DNA of 64,000 nucleotides, taken from Candidatus Latescibacterota bacterium (GTDB lineage Bacteria > Latescibacterota > UBA2968 > UBA8231). Positions 45,087-60,912 of this stretch are shown here, in pieces. The stretch covers positions 5,088,001-5,152,000 of the forward strand of contig OZ242005.1 of the NCBI GenBank assembly GCA_965204725.1, in the 5' to 3' direction. A model generated the notes under the pieces. The model was not told the origin of the DNA, did no database searches, and saw nothing but the letters and a program-made list of their open reading frames with translations. The stretch's first letter is position 1, and the number at the start of each line of letters is the position of its first letter. Position numbers and translations under genes: made by a program.

Positions 45087-45193
45087 TTGTCTAAAACCCC
45101 CTCGCTCCATCCCGCACCCCACCGCTTGCCCGCTGCACATCCGTATAGTATATTCTTTGTTTCCGTTCTCCTCCCCTCGCGCTACACGAAGCC

Positions 45194-50859
<5,666 letters not shown>

Positions 50860-50863
<4 letters not shown>

Positions 50864-51513
50864 GCGATTTGCACCTGCCCCAACGCGCCTTTTTCGAGTT
50901 TTCCTTTTGCTGCTCGCGGCGGCAGAAGCCGCCCAAGATCGACGGCAACTTGCGCGATTGGGACGCCGCCGAGCGCGTGCCCGACCTGATGGCCGTCGAT
51001 GGCCACAAGCCCTTTGCCTCCGTCTATATGGCCTACGACGACAGCGGCCTGTACTTTGCCTGCGCGGTCAAGAACAAGACGAAGTACCAGCTCAACCCGC
51101 TGCAACCGGCGGCCGGCGACAGCCTCGAACTGTTCATCGACACCCGCGACATCAAGGAGCATCGCGCCAACCGCTTTTGCCATCGGTTTTACGTCTTGCC
51201 CGGCGGCAGCGGCCAAGGGGGCAAGCAACCCATTGCCCGCCAGACCTCCATTGCAGACGCCCGCGAACAGGCCCCGCCCTGCCCGGAGGACTCCATCGAA
51301 ACCGGCCTGCGCCGGCTCAAGCGGAGCTATCAGTTGGAGATCAAACTGCCGGCGGCCGGCCTCAATGGTTTTGCCCCGAGGGAGTTCAGCCGAGTGGGGT
51401 TTGCGTACCTGTTGCACGACGTGCAGCACGGCACCCAATCTTGGTCGTCCATCCCAGACCTAGGAGTAGAGCGCGATCCGAGCACTTGGGGCACGGCCGA
51501 ACTGGTGGGCTAG
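50860..51513 (+). CDS. CBM9/DOMON-like sugar-binding domain protein
   Basis: PKIDG.L.DW, YD..GLYFA, DSLELFID and Y.LEI.LP motifs. Confidence 0.7.
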
Positions 51514-51581
51514 GACAGTCGGCGGCCTTTTGCCTATATTTACAATGAATTTTCATCCGCGCCTTTACCTAAGACCATGCC

Positions 51582-54152
51582 ATGCCTAATTCCGCTGTAA
51601 TCCACCGGGTCGCCGGGGTGGGGATTTTCGTGCTGACCTTGGGGATGTACGTCAAGACCCTCGCGCCCACCGTGTCGTTTTGGGACTGCGGCGAGTTCAT
51701 CGCCACGTCCTATATCCTCGGGGTGCCCCATCCTCCGGGCGCTCCGTTGTACGTGCTGTTGGGGCGCGTCTTCACGTTGTTCCCCATCGGCGAGGTCGCC
51801 CTCCGCGTCAACTTCATGTCCGCGCTGACCTCCGCGCTGGCAATCTGGTGCGTCTATCTGTCGACCGTCGCGCTGGGGCGGCGGGCGTTGGGCGGCCAGC
51901 CCTTGCAACCGCTCGGCGACGCCCGCGACATCGGCGTCCTCGCCGGGGGGGCCGTGGCCGCGCTGACGTTGGCGTTTTCCTACACCCAGTGGTACAATGC
52001 CTCCGAAGCCGAGGTCTATGGGTACTCCATCTTGTTCACGTGTCTGGGGCTGTGGCTGATTCTCTACTGGGAAGGCAGCGGGGCCGGGGCCGCCAACGAC
52101 CGCTGGCTGTTGGTGCTGGCGTATTTGTTTGGGCTCGGCGGCGGCTTGCACCTGTTGTGCCTGCTGACGATTCCATCGCTCATGCTGCTGGCGTGGTTTG
52201 CCGACCGCGGGCTGCGGCAACTCATCGTGCTGTTGATAGCATGGGGCGTGGTCGGCGGGCTGGGGCTGGTGGTGTTGGGGCCGGGGGCGCAGTCGAATGG
52301 GGTGCTGGGGCTGGGGCTGGTCGGGCTGCTGGCTTACCTGTACGGCCGCGACCGCCGGCTGTTTGTCCTGCTGCTAGGCGTCCTCGTGCTGTTCGCGCTG
52401 GGCTATTCCACATACAGTGCGCTGTACATTCGCTCCGGCCTAAATCCGGCCATTGACGAAAACGATCCCGAGACGTGGTCGGCGTTTGTCAAGTTTCTCA
52501 ACCGCGAGCAATACGGCACCGAGAGCATGCTGACGACCATGCTGACGGCGCGGGCGAGCCGCACCTATCAGTTTTGGGATCAGCAGATGAAATACTTTTT
52601 TCAGCAGTTTCCCTTTCCGCTGTTGGAGCGGACCGTAGAGTTCCGCAAGGCCACCATTAACCTGCCGGAACAGGTGGCCGTTTCGCTGGTGCCGTACTTG
52701 CTGGGGCTGTGGGGGCTGTTGTGGCACGGGCGGCAGGACTGGCGGCGGTTTGGGGGCGTGTTGGTGCTGTTCTTGGTCATGGGGTTTGGGCTGTCGCTCT
52801 ACCTGAACATGCCCGACCCGCAGCCGCGCGAGCGGCACTACGTGTTTGGGGGCATGTACTTGGCGTTCGCGCTGTGGATGGGGTTGGGCTGGCTGGGCGT
52901 GGTGGAAGCGGTGCGGCAGCAGTGGGTGCGGCATCGGGCGGCCGTAGTCGCGGTGGCCGCGGCTGGGTTGTTGCTGCCGGCCGGAGTGGCGGCGAAGCTC
53001 TATCACGTGGAAGACCGCACGGGCGACTTTATTGCCTACGATTACGCGCACAACATGCTGACGGGCTGCGAGGAAGGCTCCATCCTGTTCACCAATGGCG
53101 ACAACGACACGTTTCCGCTGTGGTTTTTGCAGGAGGTGGAACAGGTGCGCCGAGACGTGCGGGTGGTCAACCTGAGCTTGTTGAACACCAACTGGTACAT
53201 CAAGCAACTGCGCGACCGCGAACCGCGCATCGACATCCGCTATACAGACGACTTCATCGACTCAGTGCTCACCGACACGCAGATGGTCGATTTATACAAA
53301 CGGTACTGGCCCGATCCCAAGGTGCCGCCGGAGTTCAAAAAACTGGGCATCGACCTAGAAGTGAGCACCCCCCCCGAGTTCCCAATCCTCCGCGTCCAAG
53401 ACGTCATGGTCATCAAAATTCTGGCTTGGAACGAGTGGAAAAAACCCATTCACTTTGCCATCACCGTTCCCTCCAGCAACCTGCTCAACCTCGACCCGCA
53501 CCTGACGATGGTCGGCATGAGCGTAAAGGTCTCGCCCGAGCCCACAGACGGCGTAGATGCCGAGGCCCTAGAGCGCAATCTCCTCGAAAAATACCGCTTC
53601 CGCGGCCTCAACGATCCATCCTTGTACAAGGACGAAAACTCCGAGCGCCTCTTGGGCAACTACTGGGCTTGCGCCTTGCAACTGGCCCGCAGCTACGAGG
53701 AGCAGGGCCGCCGGGCCGAGGTGCCGCAGCTCATGCAGTGGGCGCGGGACAACATCTATCTGAGCTGGGAAAACCACTATACGGCGGCTGATTACTTCAG
53801 CGAGCTCGGGCAGTACGACATAGCGACCGAGCACCTCTACGAGGCCGCTCGGTTTCTCATTGAGCGCGTGGGCACTGAGCCTGCCGCCACCTACGACAAC
53901 ATCGTCGCGCTGGCCGGATTGCTGACCCAAGAACCCTATTTGGCCTACGAGCGCGCCGAGGGCCTTTATCGCCAAGCCATTGCCCTCGCGCCGCCCCGCT
54001 GGGAGGGCTACTACGAGTTGGCTGTCGTCCGCCAAGCTAAGGGCGATGTGGCCGGGGCCTTGGCCATCCTCCAACAGTACAAAGAGCAATACGGCGAGCG
54101 ACCGGAGTTGGTCGAGGCCGAGCGCATCCTCCGCCAGTCCGTTGCTCCATGA
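51582..54152 (+). CDS. DUF2723 membrane glycosyltransferase (protein O-mannosyltransferase-like) with C-terminal TPR
   Basis: WDCGEFI...LGVPHPPG.P, EAEVY, PRER.Y and GDNDTFPLW..QEVE..R.DV motifs. Confidence 0.9.
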   Translation: MPNSAVIHRVAGVGIFVLTLGMYVKTLAPTVSFWDCGEFIATSYILGVPHPPGAPLYVLLGRVFTLFPIGEVALRVNFMSALTSALAIWCVYLSTVALGRRALGGQPLQPLGDARDIGVLAGGAVAALTLAFSYTQWYNASEAEVYGYSILFTCLGLWLILYWEGSGAGAANDRWLLVLAYLFGLGGGLHLLCLLTIPSLMLLAWFADRGLRQLIVLLIAWGVVGGLGLVVLGPGAQSNGVLGLGLVGLLAYLYGRDRRLFVLLLGVLVLFALGYSTYSALYIRSGLNPAIDENDPETWSAFVKFLNREQYGTESMLTTMLTARASRTYQFWDQQMKYFFQQFPFPLLERTVEFRKATINLPEQVAVSLVPYLLGLWGLLWHGRQDWRRFGGVLVLFLVMGFGLSLYLNMPDPQPRERHYVFGGMYLAFALWMGLGWLGVVEAVRQQWVRHRAAVVAVAAAGLLLPAGVAAKLYHVEDRTGDFIAYDYAHNMLTGCEEGSILFTNGDNDTFPLWFLQEVEQVRRDVRVVNLSLLNTNWYIKQLRDREPRIDIRYTDDFIDSVLTDTQMVDLYKRYWPDPKVPPEFKKLGIDLEVSTPPEFPILRVQDVMVIKILAWNEWKKPIHFAITVPSSNLLNLDPHLTMVGMSVKVSPEPTDGVDAEALERNLLEKYRFRGLNDPSLYKDENSERLLGNYWACALQLARSYEEQGRRAEVPQLMQWARDNIYLSWENHYTAADYFSELGQYDIATEHLYEAARFLIERVGTEPAATYDNIVALAGLLTQEPYLAYERAEGLYRQAIALAPPRWEGYYELAVVRQAKGDVAGALAILQQYKEQYGERPELVEAERILRQSVAP

Positions 54153-55189
54153 CCGAGGCCGTCACCGTCGTCATTCCGCACTACCGTGCGGACGTGCTCT
54201 ACGACTGCGTGGCCTCGGTCTATGCCCACAGCGATCATCCGGTTTGTGTCCTCGTCGTTGACGACGGCGGCAACGCCCCGAGCTTGCAGCGCGCCCAAGC
54301 CGCCTTCCCCGCGCTGGCGGTCTTGAGCAACGAGCGCAATCTGGGGTTTGCCGCGGCCTGCAACCGGGGGTTGGCGGCCGTCCGCACTCGCTACGCCGTA
54401 CTGCTCAACGACGACACCCGCGTCGGCCCGAACTGGCTCGCTCCCCTCGTGGCAATGGCCGACGGCAATCCCCAGATCGCCGCCTGCCAGCCCAAGCTGC
54501 GCTCGGCCAGTGCGCCCGAGTGCTTTGATTACAGCGGCGGGGCCGGTGGCTACATCGACGCCTTGGGGTACGCTTTTTGTCGGGGGCGGCTCTTCGACCG
54601 CTGCGAGCGCGACGAGGGCCAATACGACGCGGCCGTGCCGATCTTTTGGGCCTGTGGCGCGGCCCTCTTCCTCCGCGTGACCGCGGCCCGCCAAGTCGGT
54701 TTTTTCGACCCCGAATACTTTATGCACTTTGAGGAAGTTGACTTGTGCTGGCGTCTCCAACGCGCCGGCTACCAAATCCGCGCCGTGCCGCAATCGGTGG
54801 TTTTTCACCACTCGGGTTTTTCCCAGCCGCCGGCCACGTTCCGCAAGGCGTACTTCAACCACCGCAATAGCCTCATCACGGTGTGCAAAAACTCGGGGCT
54901 GCGCCGCCTACTGTGGCTGCTGCCCTTGCGCCTGTGGTTGGAGGGATTGGCCGTGCTCTACTACCTCGGCCGAGGCCGGTGGTCCAGCGCCTTGGCCCCT
55001 TGTGCCAGCTTGCTTTGGTGCCTCGTGCATTCGCGCAACATCTATCGCCGCCGCTGCCAGAGCCAAGCCATCCGCGGCGCAGCGGTCGCACCGGCCGGCG
55101 TCTATCCGGGCAGCGTCCTCTACCAGCACTTTGCCCTCCGCGTCCAGCACACCTCGGCACTCGTACCCGAGCCGGCCGCAGCCCGATGA
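54149..55189 (+). CDS. Glycosyltransferase family 2
   Basis: VVDD, NLGFA..CN.G, LLNDD, GAA and EEVDLCWR motifs. Confidence 0.9.
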   Translation: MTEAVTVVIPHYRADVLYDCVASVYAHSDHPVCVLVVDDGGNAPSLQRAQAAFPALAVLSNERNLGFAAACNRGLAAVRTRYAVLLNDDTRVGPNWLAPLVAMADGNPQIAACQPKLRSASAPECFDYSGGAGGYIDALGYAFCRGRLFDRCERDEGQYDAAVPIFWACGAALFLRVTAARQVGFFDPEYFMHFEEVDLCWRLQRAGYQIRAVPQSVVFHHSGFSQPPATFRKAYFNHRNSLITVCKNSGLRRLLWLLPLRLWLEGLAVLYYLGRGRWSSALAPCASLLWCLVHSRNIYRRRCQSQAIRGAAVAPAGVYPGSVLYQHFALRVQHTSALVPEPAAAR

Positions 55190-56343
55190 GCCGCGTCGTC
55201 CTCGGGTGCGAACGCCTGCTCGCGGACGCCGGCCCAATCCGCGGTCGGCGCGTCGGCCTGATTACCAATCACTCAGGAGTCGATGCGCGCCTGCAATCCA
55301 CGGCCGACCGGCTACACCAAGCCGATTGCTGTACGCTCGTCGCCTTGTACGGGCCAGAGCACGGGATTCGCGGTGCCGCGCAGGACGGCGAGCGCATCGC
55401 CCACTCCACTGATGCTCGCACCGGCGTACCGGCGTACAGCCTCTACGGTCAAACGCGGTCGCCGGACGCGGCCCTGCTCGCGGGCGTCGAGCTGATGCTC
55501 TTTGACATTCAAGACGTGGGCGCACGCTTTTACACCTATCTCTACACCATGAGCCTGAGCATGGCCGCCTGTGCCCAAGCGGGCATCCCCTTCCTCGTGC
55601 TCGACCGCCCCAACCCCTTGGGTGGCCAAGCCATCGCCGGCAATTGTCTCGACCCGGCGTTTGCCTCGTTTGTTGGGCAGTACCCGATTCCAGTGCGCTA
55701 TGGGCTGAGCATCGGCGAGCTCGCCCGGCTCTTCAACGAGGAATACGGAATCGGCGCGGAACTGCACGTCGTGGCTATGGAGGGTTGGCAACGCTCCTTT
55801 TACTGGGAAGATACCGGCCTGCCGTGGGTCCCGCCGTCGCCCAACATGCCCAGCCCGGAGACGGCCGTGGTCTATCCGGGAACCTGTTTTTTTGAAGGGA
55901 CGAATGTGTCTGAAGGACGGGGGACAGCCAAGCCTTTTGAGCAGTTTGGCGCGCCGTTTATCGACGGGGCGCACCTAGCCGACGCGCTCAACAGCCGCGC
56001 GCTGCCCGGGGTGGGCTTTCGCCCGGTGTTTTTCCAGCCAGCGGCCGGTAAGTACGCGGGCGAACCCTGCGAGGGCGTCCAAGTCCACGTCCTCGATCGC
56101 GCCGCCTTTGAGCCGGTCGGCGTTGGCTTTGAGGCCCTCGCGGCCGTGCGGCGGCTCTACCCGCGTGAATTCGCTTGGCGCGTACCGGCCGGTGGCATCC
56201 ACAACTTCGACCGCCTCGCCGGCACCGACCAAATCCGCCGCGCACTCGACGCGGGCGCGGTCGTCGCCGAGCTACAGGCCGCTTGGGTCGAGGCGTGCCA
56301 AGCCTTTGACGCGATTCGCCGCCGCTACTGGGCGTACCCTTGA
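55186..56343 (+). CDS. namZ: Exo-beta-N-acetylmuramidase (DUF1343)
   Basis: GLITNHSG, PEHGIRG, FDIQDVG.RFYTY, LDRPNP, PSPNMP and SEGRGT motifs. Confidence 0.9.
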   Translation: MSRVVLGCERLLADAGPIRGRRVGLITNHSGVDARLQSTADRLHQADCCTLVALYGPEHGIRGAAQDGERIAHSTDARTGVPAYSLYGQTRSPDAALLAGVELMLFDIQDVGARFYTYLYTMSLSMAACAQAGIPFLVLDRPNPLGGQAIAGNCLDPAFASFVGQYPIPVRYGLSIGELARLFNEEYGIGAELHVVAMEGWQRSFYWEDTGLPWVPPSPNMPSPETAVVYPGTCFFEGTNVSEGRGTAKPFEQFGAPFIDGAHLADALNSRALPGVGFRPVFFQPAAGKYAGEPCEGVQVHVLDRAAFEPVGVGFEALAAVRRLYPREFAWRVPAGGIHNFDRLAGTDQIRRALDAGAVVAELQAAWVEACQAFDAIRRRYWAYP

Positions 56344-56411
56344 GCGCGGTTGTCCGGCCACGCGGTCTTTGTTATCGTCCATAGCAGCACGCGCTACCCC
56401 TGATATCTGCC

Positions 56412-57002
56412 ATGCCCGCACCACTCCAAACCGGCACCCTGTTGGTCGCTACTCCGGCGCACGAATCGCTGGCCTTCGACCGCGCGGTCGTGCTCATCAC
56501 CCGCTATAGCGAAGAAGACATCACCATGGGCTTGGTGATCAACCGGCCCCTCGGCGAGCAGGTCCGGCGCTACACGGCCGAATCCCTGCAACACCTCGCG
56601 GGCAGCGAAGAGGCCCATGCGGAATTGGGGCGGATATTCTATCAGGGGGGGCCGGTGCGCCCGCACTGGCTTTTCTTTTTGCACCGGCTCGATGGCCTAG
56701 TGGAAGGGGGGACGAAAATCCTCGATGGCCTCTATCTGGGCGGCAGCCTCGACGCCGAGTACGCCGAACCCGAGGTCTTCCAAGCCGACGTGCCGCGGCT
56801 GCGATTTTACTTGGGGTATGCCGGCTGGGAGCCGGGCCAACTCGAAGCCGAGATTCGCGCTGGCACTTGGTTTTTGGCACCGGGCAACGCCGAGCAGGTC
56901 CTCGCGCCCACGCCCGAAACTATATGGCAAACCGTGCTCTACTCCATGGGGGGCAAGTATCGCCCCATCTCCGTATTTCCCAAAGATCCATCCGTCAACT
57001 AA
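56412..57002 (+). CDS. YqgE/AlgH family protein
   Basis: GLVINRP, GGPV, GYAGW..GQLE.E and PS.N motifs. Confidence 0.9.
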   Translation: MPAPLQTGTLLVATPAHESLAFDRAVVLITRYSEEDITMGLVINRPLGEQVRRYTAESLQHLAGSEEAHAELGRIFYQGGPVRPHWLFFLHRLDGLVEGGTKILDGLYLGGSLDAEYAEPEVFQADVPRLRFYLGYAGWEPGQLEAEIRAGTWFLAPGNAEQVLAPTPETIWQTVLYSMGGKYRPISVFPKDPSVN

Positions 57003-57010
57003 TCAGCTAA

Positions 57011-57994
57011 TCAGCACACCATGCCCCGCTTGGCGCGGATGCCGTGCGCGGGCGGGTCGTCGCCGATCCAGCGCTCGTCTATGGGCTCGTGTGAGCGCTG
57101 GTAGCGCGTATCGGCCGAGAGACGAATGCGGTCCGTCTGGTTGTCTGAGCTGGCGTGTAGCAGATACATGCTGAAAACCAGCAAATCCCCCATCTGGTAC
57201 TCGGCCGTCAGCCAGCGGCCCTGTAGCTGCTCGCGCACGGCAATCGCGTCGTTAGCATAAGCCCCGGACGAGTTCCAGCGAATTTGCTCGCGTTCTTGCT
57301 TGGTCAGTTCGCGGCCCTGCTCTTGCGCGGCCGCGACGATTTGGCCTGCGGTGGGGCCGTCGTTTTCGCAAAACGCATCTACATCGGTCTGGCCGTAGCC
57401 TTGCTTTAGGGCTTCGTTTTGGTGCGACCACTCCAACACCATCAACCCCCCCATCTCGTAGGGCACGTCGCTAAAGGGCGTCCACGACGTATAGAGGGCT
57501 TTGGTTCCTCGGCCCATATAGACGATGTCGCAATGCGGGGTCGTCGCCGTATTGGTGCCCGGCTGCTTGGCGCGGAACCAAGTGTAGTCGTAATGCCGGA
57601 CCGGGCCGCCTAAGAAGAACTCGTAAAAGGCCATCATCGGGCCGTCGTATAAGACCTTGTCTAGGGCCGGGTTGTTGCGCGCCAAAATGGGCATAAACGG
57701 GCCTGTGGCCGCCGGATTGACCGTCTTGCCCGTGGCGACTACGCCTTCCAGGGGCGGGTGCGCCGGGTCTAGCACCCCGAATTTGCAGAGGCGATCGCAC
57801 AATGCGGCCCGCGCCACCAACACTTCGCGCCGGTCCAAATGCTGCGGCAAAAACAAATACCCGTCTTCTTCCATCCGCTCCCAGAGCGCGTCCCGATCGT
57901 CGGTTATGTCATCCGAGCGGCGGAGCTCGCCTACTTGATCTCTGGCGATCGGCTCGCCGCTATACGTGAGTTGAGGTATGGCTGCGGTAGTCAT
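57011..57994 (-). CDS. Phytanoyl-CoA dioxygenase (PhyH) family protein
   Basis: EDGYLFL, HCDIVYMGRG, GDLLVF...LH and RLSADTRYQ motifs. Confidence 0.85.
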   Translation of the reverse strand: MTTAAIPQLTYSGEPIARDQVGELRRSDDITDDRDALWERMEEDGYLFLPQHLDRREVLVARAALCDRLCKFGVLDPAHPPLEGVVATGKTVNPAATGPFMPILARNNPALDKVLYDGPMMAFYEFFLGGPVRHYDYTWFRAKQPGTNTATTPHCDIVYMGRGTKALYTSWTPFSDVPYEMGGLMVLEWSHQNEALKQGYGQTDVDAFCENDGPTAGQIVAAAQEQGRELTKQEREQIRWNSSGAYANDAIAVREQLQGRWLTAEYQMGDLLVFSMYLLHASSDNQTDRIRLSADTRYQRSHEPIDERWIGDDPPAHGIRAKRGMVC

Positions 57995-58142
57995 CTGTCG
58001 TCCTTTCTGGTATGGCTGGCCCTCGCAAGCAAACACCCGCAGTGATTGATATAAAGTGGCCGAGCTATTACATTTATAAGCACCCCAATTTTGCATCCCC
58101 CGCGTTTTATAAGTCCTGTCCGCTTTTTGATCGGAAGAAACA

Positions 58143-59270
58143 ATGTACATCCGCTCGCTGTGTGTCGCCCTATGTCTGTCGTATGTACCGCTGCACGCCG
58201 CTGTCTTCAACCCCGGCCCGAACCCACCGTATGCCGCCGCCATTTTGCTCGAAGCCGAAAGCGGTGCGGTGCTATTTGCCCACAATCCAGATTTGCAGCG
58301 CTCGCCCGCCAGCACCCTCAAGCTGATGCTCGAGCTGGTGGTCATGGACTTGGTCAAAGCCGATAAGATCGCGCTAGACGACCCGATCCGAGCCTCGCGT
58401 CGCGCCGCCCGAACCGGCGGCTCTCAGGTCTATCTAGCGCAGGGCGAAGTCTTTACGCTGGAGCAGCTCATGGAGGCGGTCGTCATTGTCTCGGCCAACG
58501 ACGCCTGCGTCGCCATCGCCGAGCACGTGGGCGGCTCAACCGAGAGCTTCGTCGATCTGATGAACAGCCGCGCCCAAAGCCTCGGCTTGGACCACACGCG
58601 CTACGTGAACGTCCACGGTCTCGACGATACTCCGCGCAACAACCGCAACATTACTACGGCCCGCGACCTGTCCAAAGTTGCCCAAGCGCTCTTGGCGTAC
58701 CCCGAAATTTTGGCTTGGTCCTCCATTCGCTACAAGCCGTTCCGCAACGGCAAATTCATACTCCGCGCCACCAACAAACTTTTGGGGCGGTTCCGGGGAG
58801 CGGACGGGTTTAAGACCGGCTATACCCGACGCGCTGGATATTGTCTAGTCGCCACGGCCCAGCGCCACGAGATGCGCCTGATCTCGGTGATCTTGGGTGC
58901 TCCATCCGCGCGCGTCCGCACCCGGGAGACCAGTCGCCTATTGAGCTGGGGCTTCAATAGTTTCTCGCGCGTACCTCTCGTCAAAACCGGCGAACTAATG
59001 GGCAAGGTCGTGCTCGACTGGGGTATAGAGCCAGAGGTGCGCGTTTTGGCCCAAGACACCGTAGTCGCCGTGCTCACCCCCGAACAAGAGCAACAGGTCG
59101 TTCGCCACCTCGATCTGCCCGAGGAACTGCCAGCGCCGGTCGATGCCGGCGACGAACTGGGCAAGCTCAGGGTCTCGCTGGGCGATAGCCTCTTGGCCGT
59201 AGTGCCCATCCGCGCTGAAAAGAGCATCGGCCGCATGGGGATTTGGGACAAACTAATGACGTATTTTTAA
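58143..59270 (+). CDS. D-alanyl-D-alanine carboxypeptidase (peptidase S11, DacA-like)
   Basis: PASTLK (SxxK), SANDA (SxN) and KTG motifs; signal peptide. Confidence 0.92.
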   Translation: MYIRSLCVALCLSYVPLHAAVFNPGPNPPYAAAILLEAESGAVLFAHNPDLQRSPASTLKLMLELVVMDLVKADKIALDDPIRASRRAARTGGSQVYLAQGEVFTLEQLMEAVVIVSANDACVAIAEHVGGSTESFVDLMNSRAQSLGLDHTRYVNVHGLDDTPRNNRNITTARDLSKVAQALLAYPEILAWSSIRYKPFRNGKFILRATNKLLGRFRGADGFKTGYTRRAGYCLVATAQRHEMRLISVILGAPSARVRTRETSRLLSWGFNSFSRVPLVKTGELMGKVVLDWGIEPEVRVLAQDTVVAVLTPEQEQQVVRHLDLPEELPAPVDAGDELGKLRVSLGDSLLAVVPIRAEKSIGRMGIWDKLMTYF

Positions 59271-59309
59271 GCGGAGGTGATGGGCATTTTGATCTCCGCT
59301 CGCGCAACC

Positions 59310-59338
59310 TTGACGCTGTTGGGGGGCCGGGATATATT
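59310..59338 (+). promoter_or_regulatory. Sigma70 promoter of tRNA-Val
   Basis: TTGACG, 17 bp, TATATT, followed by a GC-rich discriminator. Confidence 0.7.
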
Positions 59339-59366
59339 ATTGGCCCGTCAGCAATTAGGCAACATG

Positions 59367-59443
59367 GGGCGATTAGCTCAGCTGGCTAGAGCGCCTGCTT
59401 GACATGCAGGAGGTCACTAGTTCAAGTCTAGTATCGCCCACCA
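59367..59443 (+). tRNA. tRNA-Val (anticodon GAC)
   Basis: Acceptor stem GGGCGAT/ATCGCCC, D arm, anticodon arm CCTGC-TTGACAT-GCAGG, T loop TTCAAGT and encoded CCA. Confidence 0.97.
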
Positions 59444-59449
59444 TCTTCT

Positions 59450-59477
59450 AAGCCCCTGATTTTTCAGGGGCTTTTTT
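59450..59477 (+). terminator. Rho-independent terminator
   Basis: AAGCCCCTGA-TTTT-TCAGGGGCTT followed by a T run. Confidence 0.85.
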
Positions 59478-59534
59478 ATGTTCTGTTGGTTTTGCAGCGG
59501 GGCTGGATCTCTTTGAGTCAACCGAGGTTTATCA

Positions 59535-60089
59535 TCAGGGCTGGGAAAGCCTGAAGGACGCGAAAAATCGCTCGATGTCCGCAGGGTCGTCAAACGCATG
59601 GGGGGATCCGACCGCCATTAAGCTGTAGAGCCGCTGGCCTACCTGTAGGCTCTGCAATCGCAGGAGGCTTTGGTCCGTAGCTTGGATCTGCGTCTGCCAA
59701 GCGGGATGCCCGTCCATCTCAACGGCGGCTTCCGACAGGACCGTCCCCTCGACCTTCTGCAAGATGGCATCTCGACGGGCGGCAATCGCGCTATCGGCGT
59801 GGACGGCCTCGGGCACATCTCCGTAGGCAACGGCGTATTGCACGTCGGCGCGCTCGAACATCAGGTATTGGAACTCTACCTCGCCAAAGGGCAACGGCTC
59901 GCGCAACTTGCGCAGATTGGGCCGCCCGGCCATCTGCACGGCGAAGGCCCCGGCCTCATAGGTCCGCTCCTCCCATTCCGGTGCGCCGCGCACCCAATTG
60001 GCGATGTTGTAGGCGACAATGGCCCCTAGGACGACGAAGAAGAGCTTGACGGACCAGAGGTCCGTTTTGGTTTTAGGCTCGCGGCCCAT
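59535..60089 (-). CDS. Hypothetical membrane-anchored protein
   Basis: N-terminal hydrophobic helix; C-terminal ERFFASFRL typical of PsbP/DcrB-like exported domains. Confidence 0.6.
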   Translation of the reverse strand: MGREPKTKTDLWSVKLFFVVLGAIVAYNIANWVRGAPEWEERTYEAGAFAVQMAGRPNLRKLREPLPFGEVEFQYLMFERADVQYAVAYGDVPEAVHADSAIAARRDAILQKVEGTVLSEAAVEMDGHPAWQTQIQATDQSLLRLQSLQVGQRLYSLMAVGSPHAFDDPADIERFFASFRLSQP

Positions 60090-60093
60090 TGGC

Positions 60094-60912
60094 TTAGGCC
60101 AGCCCCAGCCTTTCTTCGGCGCTGTCTGCTGGAATATAGCCCAAGACCTCGCGCGGATGGTCGATATCGACCCAACGCCAGCGGTTGTTGGACACGCCGT
60201 AGAAAATATCAAAGCGCAAGTCTGCGGGGGCCTTGATTGCGCGCTGCACGAGCTGCACCACGTCGCGCTGGCTACACCAGATGGCACCGCCCCGCTCGTC
60301 GCGCGGGTGGTCCTCGGCATTGACCCAGCCGATGCGCAGACAGGGCACTGACATATTGTGTACGTCGGCGTAGTAGCGCGCTAGTGCCTCGCCCCAAATT
60401 TTAGTCGCCGGATAGAGGCCCGTCGGGCGATGCGGCCATTCGTGAGTCACGAACTGGACCTGACTGGCATCGACCGCGTCGAAGCGCCCTTCGGAGATTG
60501 CCTTGTACGGGTCGTCCTGCTGGTAGCCCCAAGACACCATGATCGAGCTAGCCAAGACCACGCGCCCGACGCTAGCGCGGCGCGCGGCCTCTAGCACATT
60601 GCGCGGCCCGATGATATTGCTGCCGAGCAGGCTCTCCCAACTGGCGTCTGGGCGCGGGTCGGCCGCTAGTTGCACGATCACGTCCATGCCTTCAACGGCT
60701 TGGGCGACTGCGTTGTAGTCGGTTAGGTCTGCGAGGGAAAGTTTTTCTTGGGGAATTTTCAACGCGGCGTCTTTGGGTGCGCGCGCCGAAGGCTGGAACC
60801 GCCGAGCTAGGCCATAGAGGTCGTAGCGGTCGGGTTGGGTGTTCAGGTGCTGATACACGGCACTGGCGATTAGGCCATAGACGCCGGTGATTAAGACTTT
60901 CTTGGGGGCCAT
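60094..60912 (-). CDS. NAD-dependent epimerase/dehydratase (uronate dehydrogenase-like)
   Basis: ITGVYGLIA, ASS, YPATK, LRIG and YGVSNN motifs. Confidence 0.88.
   Translation of the reverse strand: MAPKKVLITGVYGLIASAVYQHLNTQPDRYDLYGLARRFQPSARAPKDAALKIPQEKLSLADLTDYNAVAQAVEGMDVIVQLAADPRPDASWESLLGSNIIGPRNVLEAARRASVGRVVLASSIMVSWGYQQDDPYKAISEGRFDAVDASQVQFVTHEWPHRPTGLYPATKIWGEALARYYADVHNMSVPCLRIGWVNAEDHPRDERGGAIWCSQRDVVQLVQRAIKAPADLRFDIFYGVSNNRWRWVDIDHPREVLGYIPADSAEERLGLA

Noticed and set aside
57995-58357. N-terminal extension of the 448-aa ORF 57011-58357
   Set aside because: It overlaps the divergent carboxypeptidase gene. The PhyH gene starts at ATG 57994 after an AAAGGA RBS.
59367-59477. tRNA-Val as an island integration site
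   Set aside because: No duplicated tRNA 3' end or integrase was seen. The terminator and backbone genes follow directly.
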